A stretch of DNA of 64,000 nucleotides, from assembly GCF_009914755.1 (NCBI RefSeq), contig NC_060928.1. One strand, 5' to 3'. The stretch is from the human T2T-CHM13v2.0 reference genome, Homo sapiens. This document shows, one piece after another, positions 29,591-42,009 of this stretch. The translations under genes and the position numbers were made by a program. Every line of letters begins with the position of its first letter. Position 1 is the stretch's first letter. The notes under the pieces were generated by a model. That model was not told the origin of the DNA, did no database searches, and saw nothing but the letters and a program-made list of their open reading frames with translations.

Positions 29591-31504
29591 GCCACACAAT
29601 GAATAACTTAATGATGAGTGCTGTAATAAAGCACATTTAATATTTGGGACAAGAAGGAGTCATCACAATGCTAATGTGACAAATAGACAAGTAGACAAAT
29701 AACATTGTATTCCTGTTCCCAAAGTACTTTTATTCATTTGCCACCCAGGATTTCCCACTGCCTATGCCCCTCATATTGCAGCTACTGCTGGTCTTGCATA
29801 TCTTGGTGGGTCAAAATCATATCCCCCTCTTTCCTTTTCTTTTTCTTGGTTTGCCCTGGGAACTTCAAATGTTTTCTCCATTTATTATGTTCAACATTTT
29901 AAGTATTTTTATCTCGTAACAAATTTGTCTAGCAAACACACTAATGTATTCACCACACAAAAGGATATTTCAGTTAGCAAGATCAGCCCTCCTTGCAAGA
30001 TATTATCAGTCATAAATTGCCCAACATATATAAAATTATTATTCTAAATATAAATTATGTATTATGAAATTGGGACCCTTGAGCATAAACAGTAGCAGCA
30101 GCAAGCAAAATCATGGGAAGCACTAGTGATAAAAAAAAAAATGCTAGGAAAAAATTTTTTTGCCTTTGCAAACAGGCAATATATGTATCTTAGGACCCTT
30201 AAAAATAGAGAAAAATTAATATTTTATCATTGTAATTTCAAATTAAAATTTAAAAAATTAAAATAAAAAGGCACATTTTTTCTCAAATATTATACTCTTT
30301 TAAAACAGGTGGTTAAATTAGTATAGGTGTGAGAGAGCAATTATTTCCATATAACTATGAATAAATAAATTTCTATGGAAATTTTACTTTTCATGATCCT
30401 TGCAAACTAATCTATTTAAATTATTGGTAAATATCTTAATAACAAAGGCAGCTACATATAAAGAAAAAAATAAGACTGTGCCAAATGTTTGAAATACCTA
30501 CAAGGAGATTGCTTTTAATAAACATAAATAGAGAAATTCAGGATATACCCTTTTTGGGTTCAATTTTAAGAAATTACTGTTAGCCTTATGTAGTTAGTTA
30601 TTACATAATACTTTTTTAAACGCCTTTTGTCACGGCTATATGTAACAAAATATAAAAATCAGATGAAATTAATGTATTTAGATTTTCCCAATATTATATG
30701 AAATATAAATGTTATGAGAGGTGGGTAGGGAAGTACTGGGACGGGAAGAGTGTGATCCCTGGCTAGTGCTCCACCCCCGGGGCTTGTGCCCATGGACCTA
30801 GGTGAGGACAGGCATTTCTGTTTTCATGCCCAAATGTTGCATTTCCCAAGACCACCTTGGCCCACTACATCCCCATCCTGTGTCTATAAAATACCCTGAG
30901 ACCTTAAGTGGGCACAGACACAAGTGGCTGGACATTGAGAGGAACACATTGGCCTAACACCACACTGACAGTCACCAGCAGATGCCAGCAGGCCATCGAC
31001 CAATGGAATGACCTGGAGTTTGGCTGAGGTGGTTGGAGGAGAGCTAGGCCACTAGGCAGCCCAACTCCAGGTGAAAACTCCCTTCCCATTCTATCCCCCT
31101 TCTGGCCTCCCCATTCACCTTGCGGAAAGCTACCACTCAATAAAAACCTTGCACTCATTCTCCAAGCCTATGTGTGATCCGATTCCTGCAGTACACCAAG
31201 GCAAGAACCGTGGGATGCAGAAAGCCCTCTGTTCTTATGATAAGAAAGAGGGTCTAATAGAGCTTATTAACACAAGCCACCTACAGACGGCTAAACTAAA
31301 AGAGCACCCTGTAACACATGCCCACTGGGGCTTCAGGAGGTATAAATACAACCCCCTAGACACTGCCGCCATGGGGTCAGAGCCCCACAACCTGCCTGTC
31401 TGCATGCTCCCCCTAGAGGTTTGGGCAGTGGGGCACTGAAGAAGTGAGCTACTCCCCTGTCACATGCCCTGCGAGGGGGATAAGGGAACTTTTCCCACCT
31501 CAAC

Positions 31505-31522
31505 TGAGGACTCATCTGGGAT
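31505..31522 (+). promoter_or_regulatory. Degenerate tRNA-Pro primer-binding site
   Basis: tgaggactcatctgggat vs TGGGGGCTCGTCCGGGAT, 14/18 identical, 2 nt after the LTR end. Confidence 0.8.
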
Positions 31523-32754
31523 CCCGGAAGTGAGTGTGAGCAAATGTGAAACTTGGCTCTGCGTCTCTTCCAAAACCTGCTACCTCTGTTTCTCTTTCAT
31601 GTGGGTAAGAGGCTCTATTTCCCTTCATTAAGTTTTTAACCTCCCTAACCTGGCCAGTCAAAATCCCCAGACTTCGTCTTTTCTCTCCCTCACAATTTGA
31701 AATGGCTCTTATCTCTTCCCTTATATGTTAAGAGTTTTGCTACAGGCTGCGGCAAAGTTACTAAGTAAAATAAGCATTTGGCTCAGCAGACAAAGGTTCC
31801 TAGAGGTGCCATCTGTGCCTTCATCTCGATGGCCACAGGCACACACGGCTCAGGGCACCTCTCCTTATCCTTTCGCCTCCCAGCTTGGGTGCCTGAGCAT
31901 GTCCATGGCAGGCAAAGGCTGAGCCAAGAGGGGGCGGGGAGAGCAGCGCCATGGCCACCAACTCTGCCTCCACTGCCTGGGACAAGGGGGCTGGAGAAAA
32001 CAGGCAGTAGCCAGGACCCTACAGGACACTTCTCGCCCACCGTACCAATGGAACCTTTCTTGCCCTGGCCAAGGAATTAAGCACAGTGGGAACCAGGGGA
32101 AAGATACAAGGATTAGAGGGACCCACTTGCACTGAGCAAAGGCTTCTCCCCCCATTATCTCCCCCTTTTGCCCCTTAAACTGTTGTTCTCTTGATTCCTT
32201 TTCTAAGTGAAAGGCTCACCCTCTTAACTCTGTTTCTGATATGGAAGCTAATGGAGGAACGACCTCTGCTGGCTGATAACTGCAAATTTGGCAGGGTTTA
32301 CAAACAGCCTCTAAAATACCTTTTCAGTCCCAAACTCAATCCCAAGCCTCAGGCTGAGGCCCTATAAAGAAAAACCAGGTCTGAGGGATCCAAAGACAGG
32401 CAATAGGCACAATGTAAATGGGCAGGACCAATTTCCTGCAAGTAAGTCCCCTGCCCCATGAAAGGAGGCCATGCTTCATGGCATAAACAGGCCACTGGAC
32501 CTCAAAGGTTGCAGACAGCAGGAAAAAGGGAGGCATAGGTGAGAGCTGTTAATTCCTGTTCTCCAGATTTTCCCTGTTTCATTGGTACACACTGCATCGG
32601 TACCTATGGGTGGTGCCTGCCAAGGTTGCCAGGACTTGGGGTAAAAGACGTGGAAGGGAAAGGGAGGACACTCACTTTCTCTCTCCATCATACACTGAGT
32701 ATTCACTAAAGGAAGGAATGGAAAGAGGGATGCCTGTATCCCTTGTCTTTCAGA

Positions 32755-33838
32755 ATGGGCAACCAGCTCTCTTCACCACCCCCAGCTTATACTTCTCTGG
32801 AGTGTATCCTGAACCATTGGGACTGCTTTGATCCTTAGAATCTGGAGGAAAAATGCCTCACAGCCCTCTACCCAAAGGTTTGGCCAAATTATCATTCATA
32901 GCAAGGACTGGCTTGGTCTCAGGAAGGAACGATTCATTTCAATACGATCCAGTAGTTGGGCTTTTTCTGTAGATGTGAGGACAGATGGTCTGAAGCCCCA
33001 TATGTGCAGGCTTTCTATACCTTGCAAGGCAACCCAGACCTCTGCCAACAATGTGGGATTGATCCAGCCCTCCTGTTTGTCGTCTCAGGGAAGGCTGCAA
33101 GGGGCAAGCCCAGGAAATTAAAGATACAAATCCCAGAGGCACTCCCAGCAGAGGAGCCAGCTCCCTCAAGCCCTTCTCCCTCCTAGAAATCCTTGCCCTC
33201 AACAAGCCTCAGTCTCGCTCTTGCCCTTCCAACAGATGCCCAATGAATTTGGGCCCAGTAAGGTCCAGGGCCCCTTCTCTGTACAGTACTTAAGGCAGAT
33301 CAAGGGGGATCTTGGCAAGTTTTCACATAACTCTGATAGATAGATAGAGGCTGCAGTATTTCACCCAAATATGTGAACTCTCCTGGAGAGATGTTATGTT
33401 ACCCTTTCATCAGACCCTGACAGACACTGAGAAACAGGCAACTCTGCAAGCAGCAGGGAGATCTGGGGATGAGCTTTGCATCACATACGGCGTCAGGAAA
33501 GGGAGCACATATTATTTAACTGGGGGAGAAGCAGTACCCGTGAAGGACTTAAATGGGATCCCAATGACCAGATGGAAGACTGGAAGAGGAGACACTTTCA
33601 GGTGAGCATAACAGAGGACTTATGTAAGACTAAGACCAAGCCTCTCAATTATACTAAGGTGTCCTTGATTGACCGGGGATTTGACGAAAATCCCATTGCC
33701 TTCCTGGAAAGGCTGAGGGAGCCCTTGGTAAAGCACACCTTTGCATCTCCTGATTCAGCTGAGGGACAGCTAATCCTAAAGGATACATTTATTACTCAGG
33801 CAGCCCCTGATATCAGGAGGAACTTGCAGAAACAGGCC
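32755..33838 (+). pseudogene. gag: ERV gag pseudogene (matrix to capsid; stops and frameshifts)
   Basis: MGNQLSSPPPAYTSLECILNHWD start; major-homology-region-like RGFDENPIAFLERLREPL and QAAPDIRRNLQK typical of gammaretrovirus-like capsid. Confidence 0.88.
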
Positions 33839-34254
33839 CACCAAGGCAAGAACCCTGGGATACAGAAAGCCTTCTGTCCTTGTGATAAGGCAGAGGGCCT
33901 AATAGAGCTTAGTAACACAAGCTAACTACAGATGGCTAAACTAAAAGAACACCCTGTAACACACACCCACTGGGGCTTCAGGAGTTGTAAACACACCATC
34001 CTAGATGCTGTTGCCATGGGGTTGAAGCCCTACAACCTGCCCATCTGCATGGTCCCCCTGGAGGTTTGAGCAGTGGGGCACTGTAGAGGCGAGCCACTCC
34101 CCCTGTCACATGCCCTGCAAGGGGGATAAAGGAACTTTTACTGTTTCATTAAGATCTGAATCTTTAGAGTAAGATCTTAAATTTTAATCATTCCTTGATT
34201 TATGTAAATTAAACCTCTCTGACCACATAGAGACTTTTCAAAATTCTGTGTTTT

Positions 34255-34540
<286 letters not shown>

Positions 34541-35033
34541 TAATATACTGTTTTTGATTGAGAGAAGAGGTTTATGAGAGAAGAATACCATCATGAATGA
34601 GAGAAGAAATACCATCATTGCTCATGATGGTATTTTGGAGTGATGCTACTTTTAAAAGTTTATACCTGACCTGGTGATTATCGTAGATATCTCATAAGCA
34701 TATGTAAATACTAATACAAAGATGATTTTATCAAATAAACTAAACTAATGCATTAAAAATCCTTAAAACTACCATAAGAAAACGTGGAATGGAGGATTAT
34801 ATCCTAAACATGATAAAATGCCATATGAAGACAACTAACAACTTAGTAATAATAGCTATCACTTGTTATGCATTAATTGGACATGCCAAGAACAAGATGA
34901 TTTATACAAAAATTCCTACCCGAATGAATTATATTAAGTGATTAATATAGGGCAGGGTCCAAGACAGACCATGAGGCAAGCGTGTCAGCTTCTCAGCACC
35001 ATTTGTGGAGAAATGTGTGTTGCATTGGCTTAC

Positions 35034-35214
35034 AGCTGGTTACTGTTAACTTCCTCTGATTTCTAATATTGAATTTGATCAGCAGACAGCCTGGTTTTGA
35101 CCACATAATAAGAGGAATTTTAAAAGATTCCCTCCTCAGATGATTGTGTGACTTCCCTGAGACCAGCATATCTCACAGAGTTTTCATTATCAAAATATAA
35201 AGATGAAGTACATC
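35034..35214 (-). pseudogene. Candidate exon, 181 nt (CTSSLYFDNENSVRYAGLREVTQSSEEGIF*NSSYYVVKTRLSADQIQY*KSEEVNSNQ)
   Basis: Acceptor gtttctttctcaaatatgcag|, donor gct|gtaagc; 2 stops in this frame and 1 in an alternative frame, so the frame is ambiguous. Confidence 0.45.
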
Positions 35215-35282
35215 CTGCATATTTGAGAAAGAAACCTGTGGGCTGCCTGCTTTTGGTCTCTCATTACTGTCTCATATTTTAC

Positions 35283-35358
35283 CTTCATTAAAACTTTACA
35301 GAAGTTTACCCTGTGGAGTTTCATAAGCCCTTGTATTGATCTGATCTGTGTTGCAATT
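35283..35358 (-). pseudogene. Candidate exon, 76 nt
   Basis: ctactcag| ... aag|gtaaaa; 68-nt intron to the next candidate exon. Confidence 0.35.
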
Positions 35359-35628
35359 CTGAGTAGCAATATCATTATGCTCCTTTTACAAATCTGATCA
35401 AGAACATTGTCATTTTATGGTCTGGAGCAACAAAAGAGTGCCCACTATCACCACTGCAATTGAATCTTGTTCTGAAACTTACGGTCAGTGTGATCAAACA
35501 AGAACTAGAAAGAAAAGATGCAAGCATTGCAGTTACTTCTGAAATCAAAATTCTATACCAGAGAATTTAAAAGAATCAAGTGAGAGAATTCAAATTTTAA
35601 AATTTTAAAAAACGTCACATAGTGGCTT

Positions 35629-35965
35629 GTGTTGGGGGTCTCCAAGACCATTCTCAGGGTTGATTATTCGCTGGAATGACTACAAGATTCAAAAAGCAGT
35701 TACAGTCATGATTTCAGTTGGTTACAGAAAAAGGATAGAGATTAAAATCATCAAAAGGAAAGGTACATGGGACAAAACCCAGAAGAATCCAGACACAGGC
35801 TTCTGGTTGTCCTCTCTTAGTGTAGTCAAATAGACACAGCTAATTATACCAGCAATGACGTGTGACAACACATGCCAAGTGTCTCCAATCAAGAAAGCTC
35901 ACCCAAGCCTTGGTTTCTAGGGTGTTTGTTGCAAGGTCAGTCACATAGGCCTGCAGTAACTATGT
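35629..35965. mobile_element. MER21/MER77-like LTR fragment
   Basis: tgttgggggtctccaagacc...gattattcgctggaa...gtgtgacaacacatg. Confidence 0.6.
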
Positions 35966-36128
35966 GTTTTTATTAGTATTGTTTTTGAATTAGCAAATTT
36001 CTCTTACAAAAACATCAGATTTTTATAGTGGATTTGGAATATTGTTAAACTATCAAACAAGTGTTTAAAATGTGAGTCAAATACAAGGAGGAATTACATT
36101 TGATTCATTTCCCAAATACTTTTTCAAG

Positions 36129-36766
36129 AAATAGGAACACTTTTACACTGTTGGTGGGACTGTAAACTAGTTCAACCTTTGTGGAAGTCAGTGTGGCGAT
36201 TCCTCAGGGATCTAGAACTAGAAATACCATTTGACCCAGCCATCCCATTACTGGGTATATACCCAAAGGACCATAAATCATGCTGCTATAAAGACACATG
36301 CACACGTATGTTTATTGCGGCATTATTCACAATAGCAAAGACTTGGAACCAACCCAAATGTCCAACAATGATAGACTGGATTAAGAAAATGTGGCACATA
36401 TACACCATGGAATACTATGCAGCCATAAAAAATGATGAGTTCATGTCCTTTGTAGGGACATGGATGAAATTGGAAATCATCATTCTCAGTAAACTATCAC
36501 AAGAACAAAAAACCAAACACCGCATATTCTCACTCATAGGTGGGAATTGAACAATGAGATCACATGGACACAGGAAGGGGAATATCAAACTCTGGGGACT
36601 GTGGTGGGGTGGGGAGGGGGGAGGGATAGCATTGGGAGATATACCTAATGCTAGATGACGAGTTAGTGGGTGCAGTGCACCAGCATGGCATATGTATACA
36701 TATGTAACTAACCTGCACAATGTGCACATGTACCCTAAAACTTAAAGTATAATAAAAAAAAAAAAA
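36129..36766 (+). mobile_element. Young 5'-truncated L1 (L1PA2-like) with ORF2 C-terminus and poly(A)
   Basis: ORF 36179-36550 is the ORF2p C-terminus (...HRIFSLIGGN); 3'UTR gatgacGAGttagtgg, not the Ta-subfamily ACA. Confidence 0.95.
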
Positions 36767-37699
36767 GACATACTGATAGTATTGTGCACTGTTCTAGGCT
36801 GGGATTGTTGTGAAAAACAAAACAGATGTCTGCCATTCTCTTGAAATATATATTACGTCTTTCCTTTTGGTGAATAAAGGATCAATGTTAATGTGAATTG
36901 AAATAACTTTATGATTTTACATATCACCATGTCAATTATCCTGTTTGAAAACAAGCAGATTGGAACTCTACAGCAATCTGAACAAATCAAACATACATTT
37001 ACTGAGCAGCTAGATATATACAAAGTACTATCTCCAGGGCTGTGAATTTATGTGCAGTTTACAGCCAAGTTAAATAGCAAATGAATACATGACAAAATAA
37101 AATAAAATGTGACACACTGTTTCAGATATCATAAGAAAGGATATGACAATAAATACATTAATAATATTTATTTTTTATTCGGTGCATGGTACACAATGCA
37201 TAACATTGTAGATATTTGAACAACCCTACATGTTAGTTTTGATGATACTTATTTTATATATACATATAGAAAGAAGAGAATGCAATTATTACCCTAAGAC
37301 ATAAAGATAATACATATAGCTTGGAATTATACTTATTATTCTTTATTATTATTCCCTTTACCCCAGTGCCTTTTGAAATATTTGTGATGAAGAAATGCAG
37401 ATCCATTTGTGGATCAATACTTTTGTAAAGTGTAATAAAAATAAATATAGTATAAATACAGTATATTTAATATAAAAATAAATATAAAGTATAATAAAAT
37501 AAATTACCAGAAAATTTTCAAAAATTAAATTATGTAAAACTCCTCAGCTCTAAGAGATCCAAAATTTAAGAACACTTACTCTAAAGCTTGTTTATCTGAA
37601 TATTTTTCCCCTTAGAATGCTTGTCCTTTATCGAGAGCCTTTAGTTAATATAACTGCCACAAACACTCTAAGGCTAAGGCTGTATTCCATTTAAACCGA

Positions 37700-37704
<5 letters not shown>

Positions 37705-37738
<34 letters not shown>

Positions 37739-37751
37739 CATATATAATCAT

Positions 37752-37812
<61 letters not shown>
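37705..37812. repeat. (TG)n, (TC)n and (TA)n microsatellites
   Basis: Seen directly. Confidence 0.95.
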
Positions 37813-38114
37813 GTTTCTATACTTCAGTTGGCAAGAGCCAGCAAGAAAGAAACATCTATTGAATTTCTTCCTCATCATACTTAACAGTGAATGATACTAA
37901 ATGAAAATTACTTTTATTTCACTTTTACTTTATTTCATTTCACTTTTACAATGGTAAAAGTGTAAAAGGAATAGTTGTCTGAAACTCTTATATTTTCTAG
38001 TTATATTACACTACGTTTATCAATTCATCAAATAAGATCCTGTTTCCCTTCTGCTAACCATCCAATAAGGTTTATTGAAAACCACAAGAGTTTTATGCAT
38101 TCATTTAGAACATA

Positions 38115-38777
38115 CGGTCATGCCTTGCTTAATGACGTGGATACGTTCTGAGAAATGTGTTAGGATATTTCATCATTATGTGAACATCACAGAGTGTACT
38201 TTCACAAATCTAGAGGGTATCACCTTCTTTTCTCTTTATTTATTTATTTATTTTTTGAGACAGAGTCTCACTCTGTTGCTCAGGTTGGAGTGCAGTGGCA
38301 GGATCTCGGCTCCCTGTGACTTCCACCTCCCAGGGTCAAGCAATTCTCCTGCCTCAGCCTCCTGAGTAGCTGGGATTACAGACGCCCGCCACCACACCTG
38401 GCTAATTTTTGTATTTTTAGTAGAGAAGAGGTTTCACCATGTTGGCCAGGCTGTTCTCAAACTCCTGACCTCAGGTGATCTGCCCACTTCCGCCTCTCGA
38501 AATGCTGGGATTAAAGGCATGAGCCACTGTGCCCGGCTGAGGGTATCACTTTCTATACACCTAGGCTATATGGTATAGCCTATTGCTCCTTGGCTAGAAA
38601 GCTGTAGAGCATGTTGCTGTACTTAATACTGTAGGCAATTCTAGCACAATGGTAAGTATCTAAACATATGAAAACATGGAAAAGGGACAGTAAAAATACG
38701 GTATTGAAATCCTAGAGGACCACTGTTGGATATGCAGTCCATTGCTGACTGAAACTTTGTTATGAGGCACATGACTG
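38115..38777 (-). mobile_element. Tigger3a/MER7-type MITE interrupted by an Alu
   Basis: cggtcatgcc...ttctgagaaatg ... cacatgactg termini. Confidence 0.85.
38228..38538 (-). mobile_element. AluS-type SINE
   Basis: Full Alu; TSD gagggtatcac. Confidence 0.95.
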
Positions 38778-38779
38778 TT

Positions 38780-39660
38780 TATTGAGGGCCCTTCTAAGCG
38801 CCAGTCATAATCTAGTCAGAAAACAAGCAAAAAGCAATATTCTTATGGAGCTTACATTAATTATATTCAGATAAACTATGAATAGCAAGAATAAATATTT
38901 TATATAGGATATTAGGTGACAATTCCTTTGGGTAAAATTGGGGGAGGAACAGTGGATAAGGCTTGCCAGGGGAGGGGAAAAGGAGAACAGCCACAGTTTC
39001 AAGGAGGACGGTCTGAGCTGAACTCACTGAGAGTGTGATGGGAAGGGGAACTGGCAGGTGTGAATGCTCTATGGTGAGGGCCAGCGTGAAAGAGAATTCA
39101 GCGTGCCTAGCAGAAGGGAGTGATGGGGAGGTAGCAGAAGATAAAGTCAGAAAGGAAAGGAGAGTGAAAAGAGTGGGAATCATTATAAGGACTTTCAGTT
39201 GGACTTCTAAGCAAAAAGGGGAGCTCCTACATGAGTTTTCATTCCCAAAGGTACATCCTGTGGGTTAGAAGGGTAGAAGTATTAAGACCAATATGGAGGC
39301 TATTATTCTAATGAAAATGAGAGATGCTAATGACTCAGCCCAGGGGGACAGCAGAGAAGAGTGGTCAGATTTTGCATATACTTTGAAGGAGGAACCAACA
39401 GATTTCCTGAAATATTAAATGTGGGATATGAGAGAAAACAATTGATCCAATATGACTCCAGAATTTTCCCTTAGCATCTTGAAGGAGGAAGTTCTCATCA
39501 AACTGAAGTAGATAAATCAGGCTTCAGAGGAAAAGTGAGAAGTTGAGTTTCGGGGTTCAGTAGAACAGTCTTATATAGGGACCTTGGTTTGAATGTCAAC
39601 AGCAGGCAGAAGAAATGTAAAACCATGAGACTGAATGATCTTACAAATAATGTAAGGGGG
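38780..39660 (-). mobile_element. L2a remnant
   Basis: ggagcttacatt...gagtggtcagattttgcatatactttgaagg. Confidence 0.75.
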
Positions 39661-40460
39661 ATTTTACAAATAGGGAGAAGACTAAGTTCATATGCACATC
39701 AAATTATTTTTTGCTACCTAAGAATCATTAAAATGGCTCTCCCTTTGTGCTTTTTGATTTACTGCAACTTATTAATGAACTGTCTTATTTTTGTCATTCT
39801 GAGAACTATGTTAACTAAAAAGTGGACATGTATTATATAATAACACAAGCTTTTCATCTCATTATGCATGCGTAAGCTTTCAGATAGCCATTGTCAAAAG
39901 ACTGTACACTATAAAGCAAAACAATGTATTTTTAAATGTTTTAAGACAAAACTAATATTTCTTTAAACATTAAAACTGTTTGACCCTATTTCATGTCTTA
40001 TGAATGTAGTAGTGGTTTGATCTAAAAATAAAATGCTAATCTTTCAGGGTTTAATTTTCTTGAAGTACTAAGATTTTAAAAAGTAAGTAAGATTACTATG
40101 CTTTAGTCACACAGCTGTGATCCTGTATATCTTTCTCTAACACAGTGTTACATTATTAAATCTTGATTCTAGGATTATTCAGATTTTCAAAATGATAGAA
40201 ACACCCCAAAATATGGAGAATACCCACTTGAATGCCACAGTCATGAGGACAGAAAATTCTTTTCACCACATATGTACCCCAGACACACACAAGATTTCCT
40301 GGTACGTACTAGCCATTCAATAAATATTAGAAAGAAAGAATGAATAATTAAGATTACCATCTATCTCAGCTGCATCTCAGTCTGTGCTAAAACTACAATC
40401 CGAAAATCCATCATTCCATTCACCTAAATGGGTATAGAAACCAACATTTTTAATTGGTGA

Positions 40461-40804
<344 letters not shown>

Positions 40805-41425
40805 TAGCATTGGCAAGAAATCTTAGCCAATCCCTAGTCAAAAAATCCTGTGTGTTAGTCACAATGGTCAGAGTGATGAGATTGACCAAAAAAAAAAAAA
40901 AAAAAGTGAACAGTCATATTTAAAGATATATATTCTTTTAATGATAAAGAGAACACATACAAAAAACTTCAGACATCAAATCTGGAAGCTTTCAGATGCA
41001 AGTATAAGATTTCTGGTTTCCGCAATCCAGCACCAACTCTCATAAATAGCTTCTCTAGTTAAAACTAATGTAAAAGTCCTAATGGTAGCTAAACCTCATT
41101 TATAATATACAAGAAAAATGTCATATCAGTAAAGGAATATGGTGATTATGAGAACCTAATACAACATGCCTAAGTGAAGAAAGTAATAGCAATATCCATA
41201 ATTCATCATCAAATAAAAAGGCACTTGAAAACATTGCTCAGTTTGATCTACTGGTACATTTAGTTTGGGGGTGAATATACATATTTATTTATGATAAGCA
41301 ATTGAAATCATCAAACTAATTTCTTTGAGCTAAATTGTCATTTTTAAAATTTTGCACTCACAAAGAAAATGTCTATTACAATTTTTCTTCCTATGTGTTT
41401 TCCTACAATTAGTAAAGGAGCTTAC

Positions 41426-41528
41426 AGTTGTCAATTATATCCAAATCCACTTGACATTTAAATTTATCCTTGGCAATTAATAAATTGTCATATTTTGTCT
41501 TTGAAGAATTTGGAGACTACTCTGTTTC
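41426..41528 (-). pseudogene. Candidate exon, 103 nt (NRVVSKFFKDK/YDNLLIAKDKFKCQVDLDIIDN with one extra A)
   Basis: Acceptor tgtgctttttggctcctag|, donor act|gtaagc. Confidence 0.5.
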
Positions 41529-41602
41529 CTAGGAGCCAAAAAGCACAGGTTGCTTTGAAAAGACTGAGTTTCTGGAGAAGTCACTCTACCATGGAAATTT
41601 AC

Positions 41603-41675
41603 CAGGAAGTTGCCATGGATGGTCTATTTCCAGGTACATTCCTCGCCCTATCTTAAAATCTGAATTCCATCTAAA
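41603..41675 (-). pseudogene. Candidate exon, 73 nt, fully open (FRWNSDFKIGRGMYLEIDHPWQLP)
   Basis: Acceptor taattttccccacag|, donor ctg|gtaaat; 74-nt intron to the next exon. Confidence 0.5.
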
Positions 41676-42009
41676 CTGTGGGGAAAATTATAGGCTGAAA
41701 CTACTGAGCTCTAGATATGGGAAACTAAGTCTTCCTCATTATCTAATTATTCCCAACATTGAGTTATCCAGGCTCTAGTGATTTAAACTACCTCCATCTG
41801 AAAAACTCAAAAAGGAACTCACAGTAGAGTCACCTGTGATCTCAAGTGAGTTGGACGACTTTGGTAATAATGGATGGAGTAAGGAAGATGCAGCAACATG
41901 TGATAAATTATAAAGCATGTGTGTTTTCGGTATGAGGAAGAATTTAATTTGATTCAATTGCAGTGGAGACCGAATAAAGATTTTATAACAGGAGTGGGGA
42001 CAATATGAT

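Larger units (their letters stand above)
30710..34148 (+). mobile_element. Class I ERV provirus, internally deleted (LTR1/HUERS-P-like)
   Basis: 5' LTR 30710-31502 (TG..CA, AATAAA near 31139), Pro primer-binding site, leader, gag remnant, partial 3' LTR 33839-34148 repeating 31194-31502. Confidence 0.88.

Noticed and set aside
31725-32706. Several 65-100 aa ORFs in a GC-richer patch
   Set aside because: They fall in the ERV leader between the primer-binding site and gag; no recognisable protein.
36179-36550. 123-aa ORF as a functional CDS
   Set aside because: C-terminal fragment of L1 ORF2p in a 5'-truncated element without a promoter.
39718-39815. Exon-like purine-rich minus-strand segment
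   Set aside because: Weak donor (gtagca) and ambiguous frame; left out of the model pending alignment.
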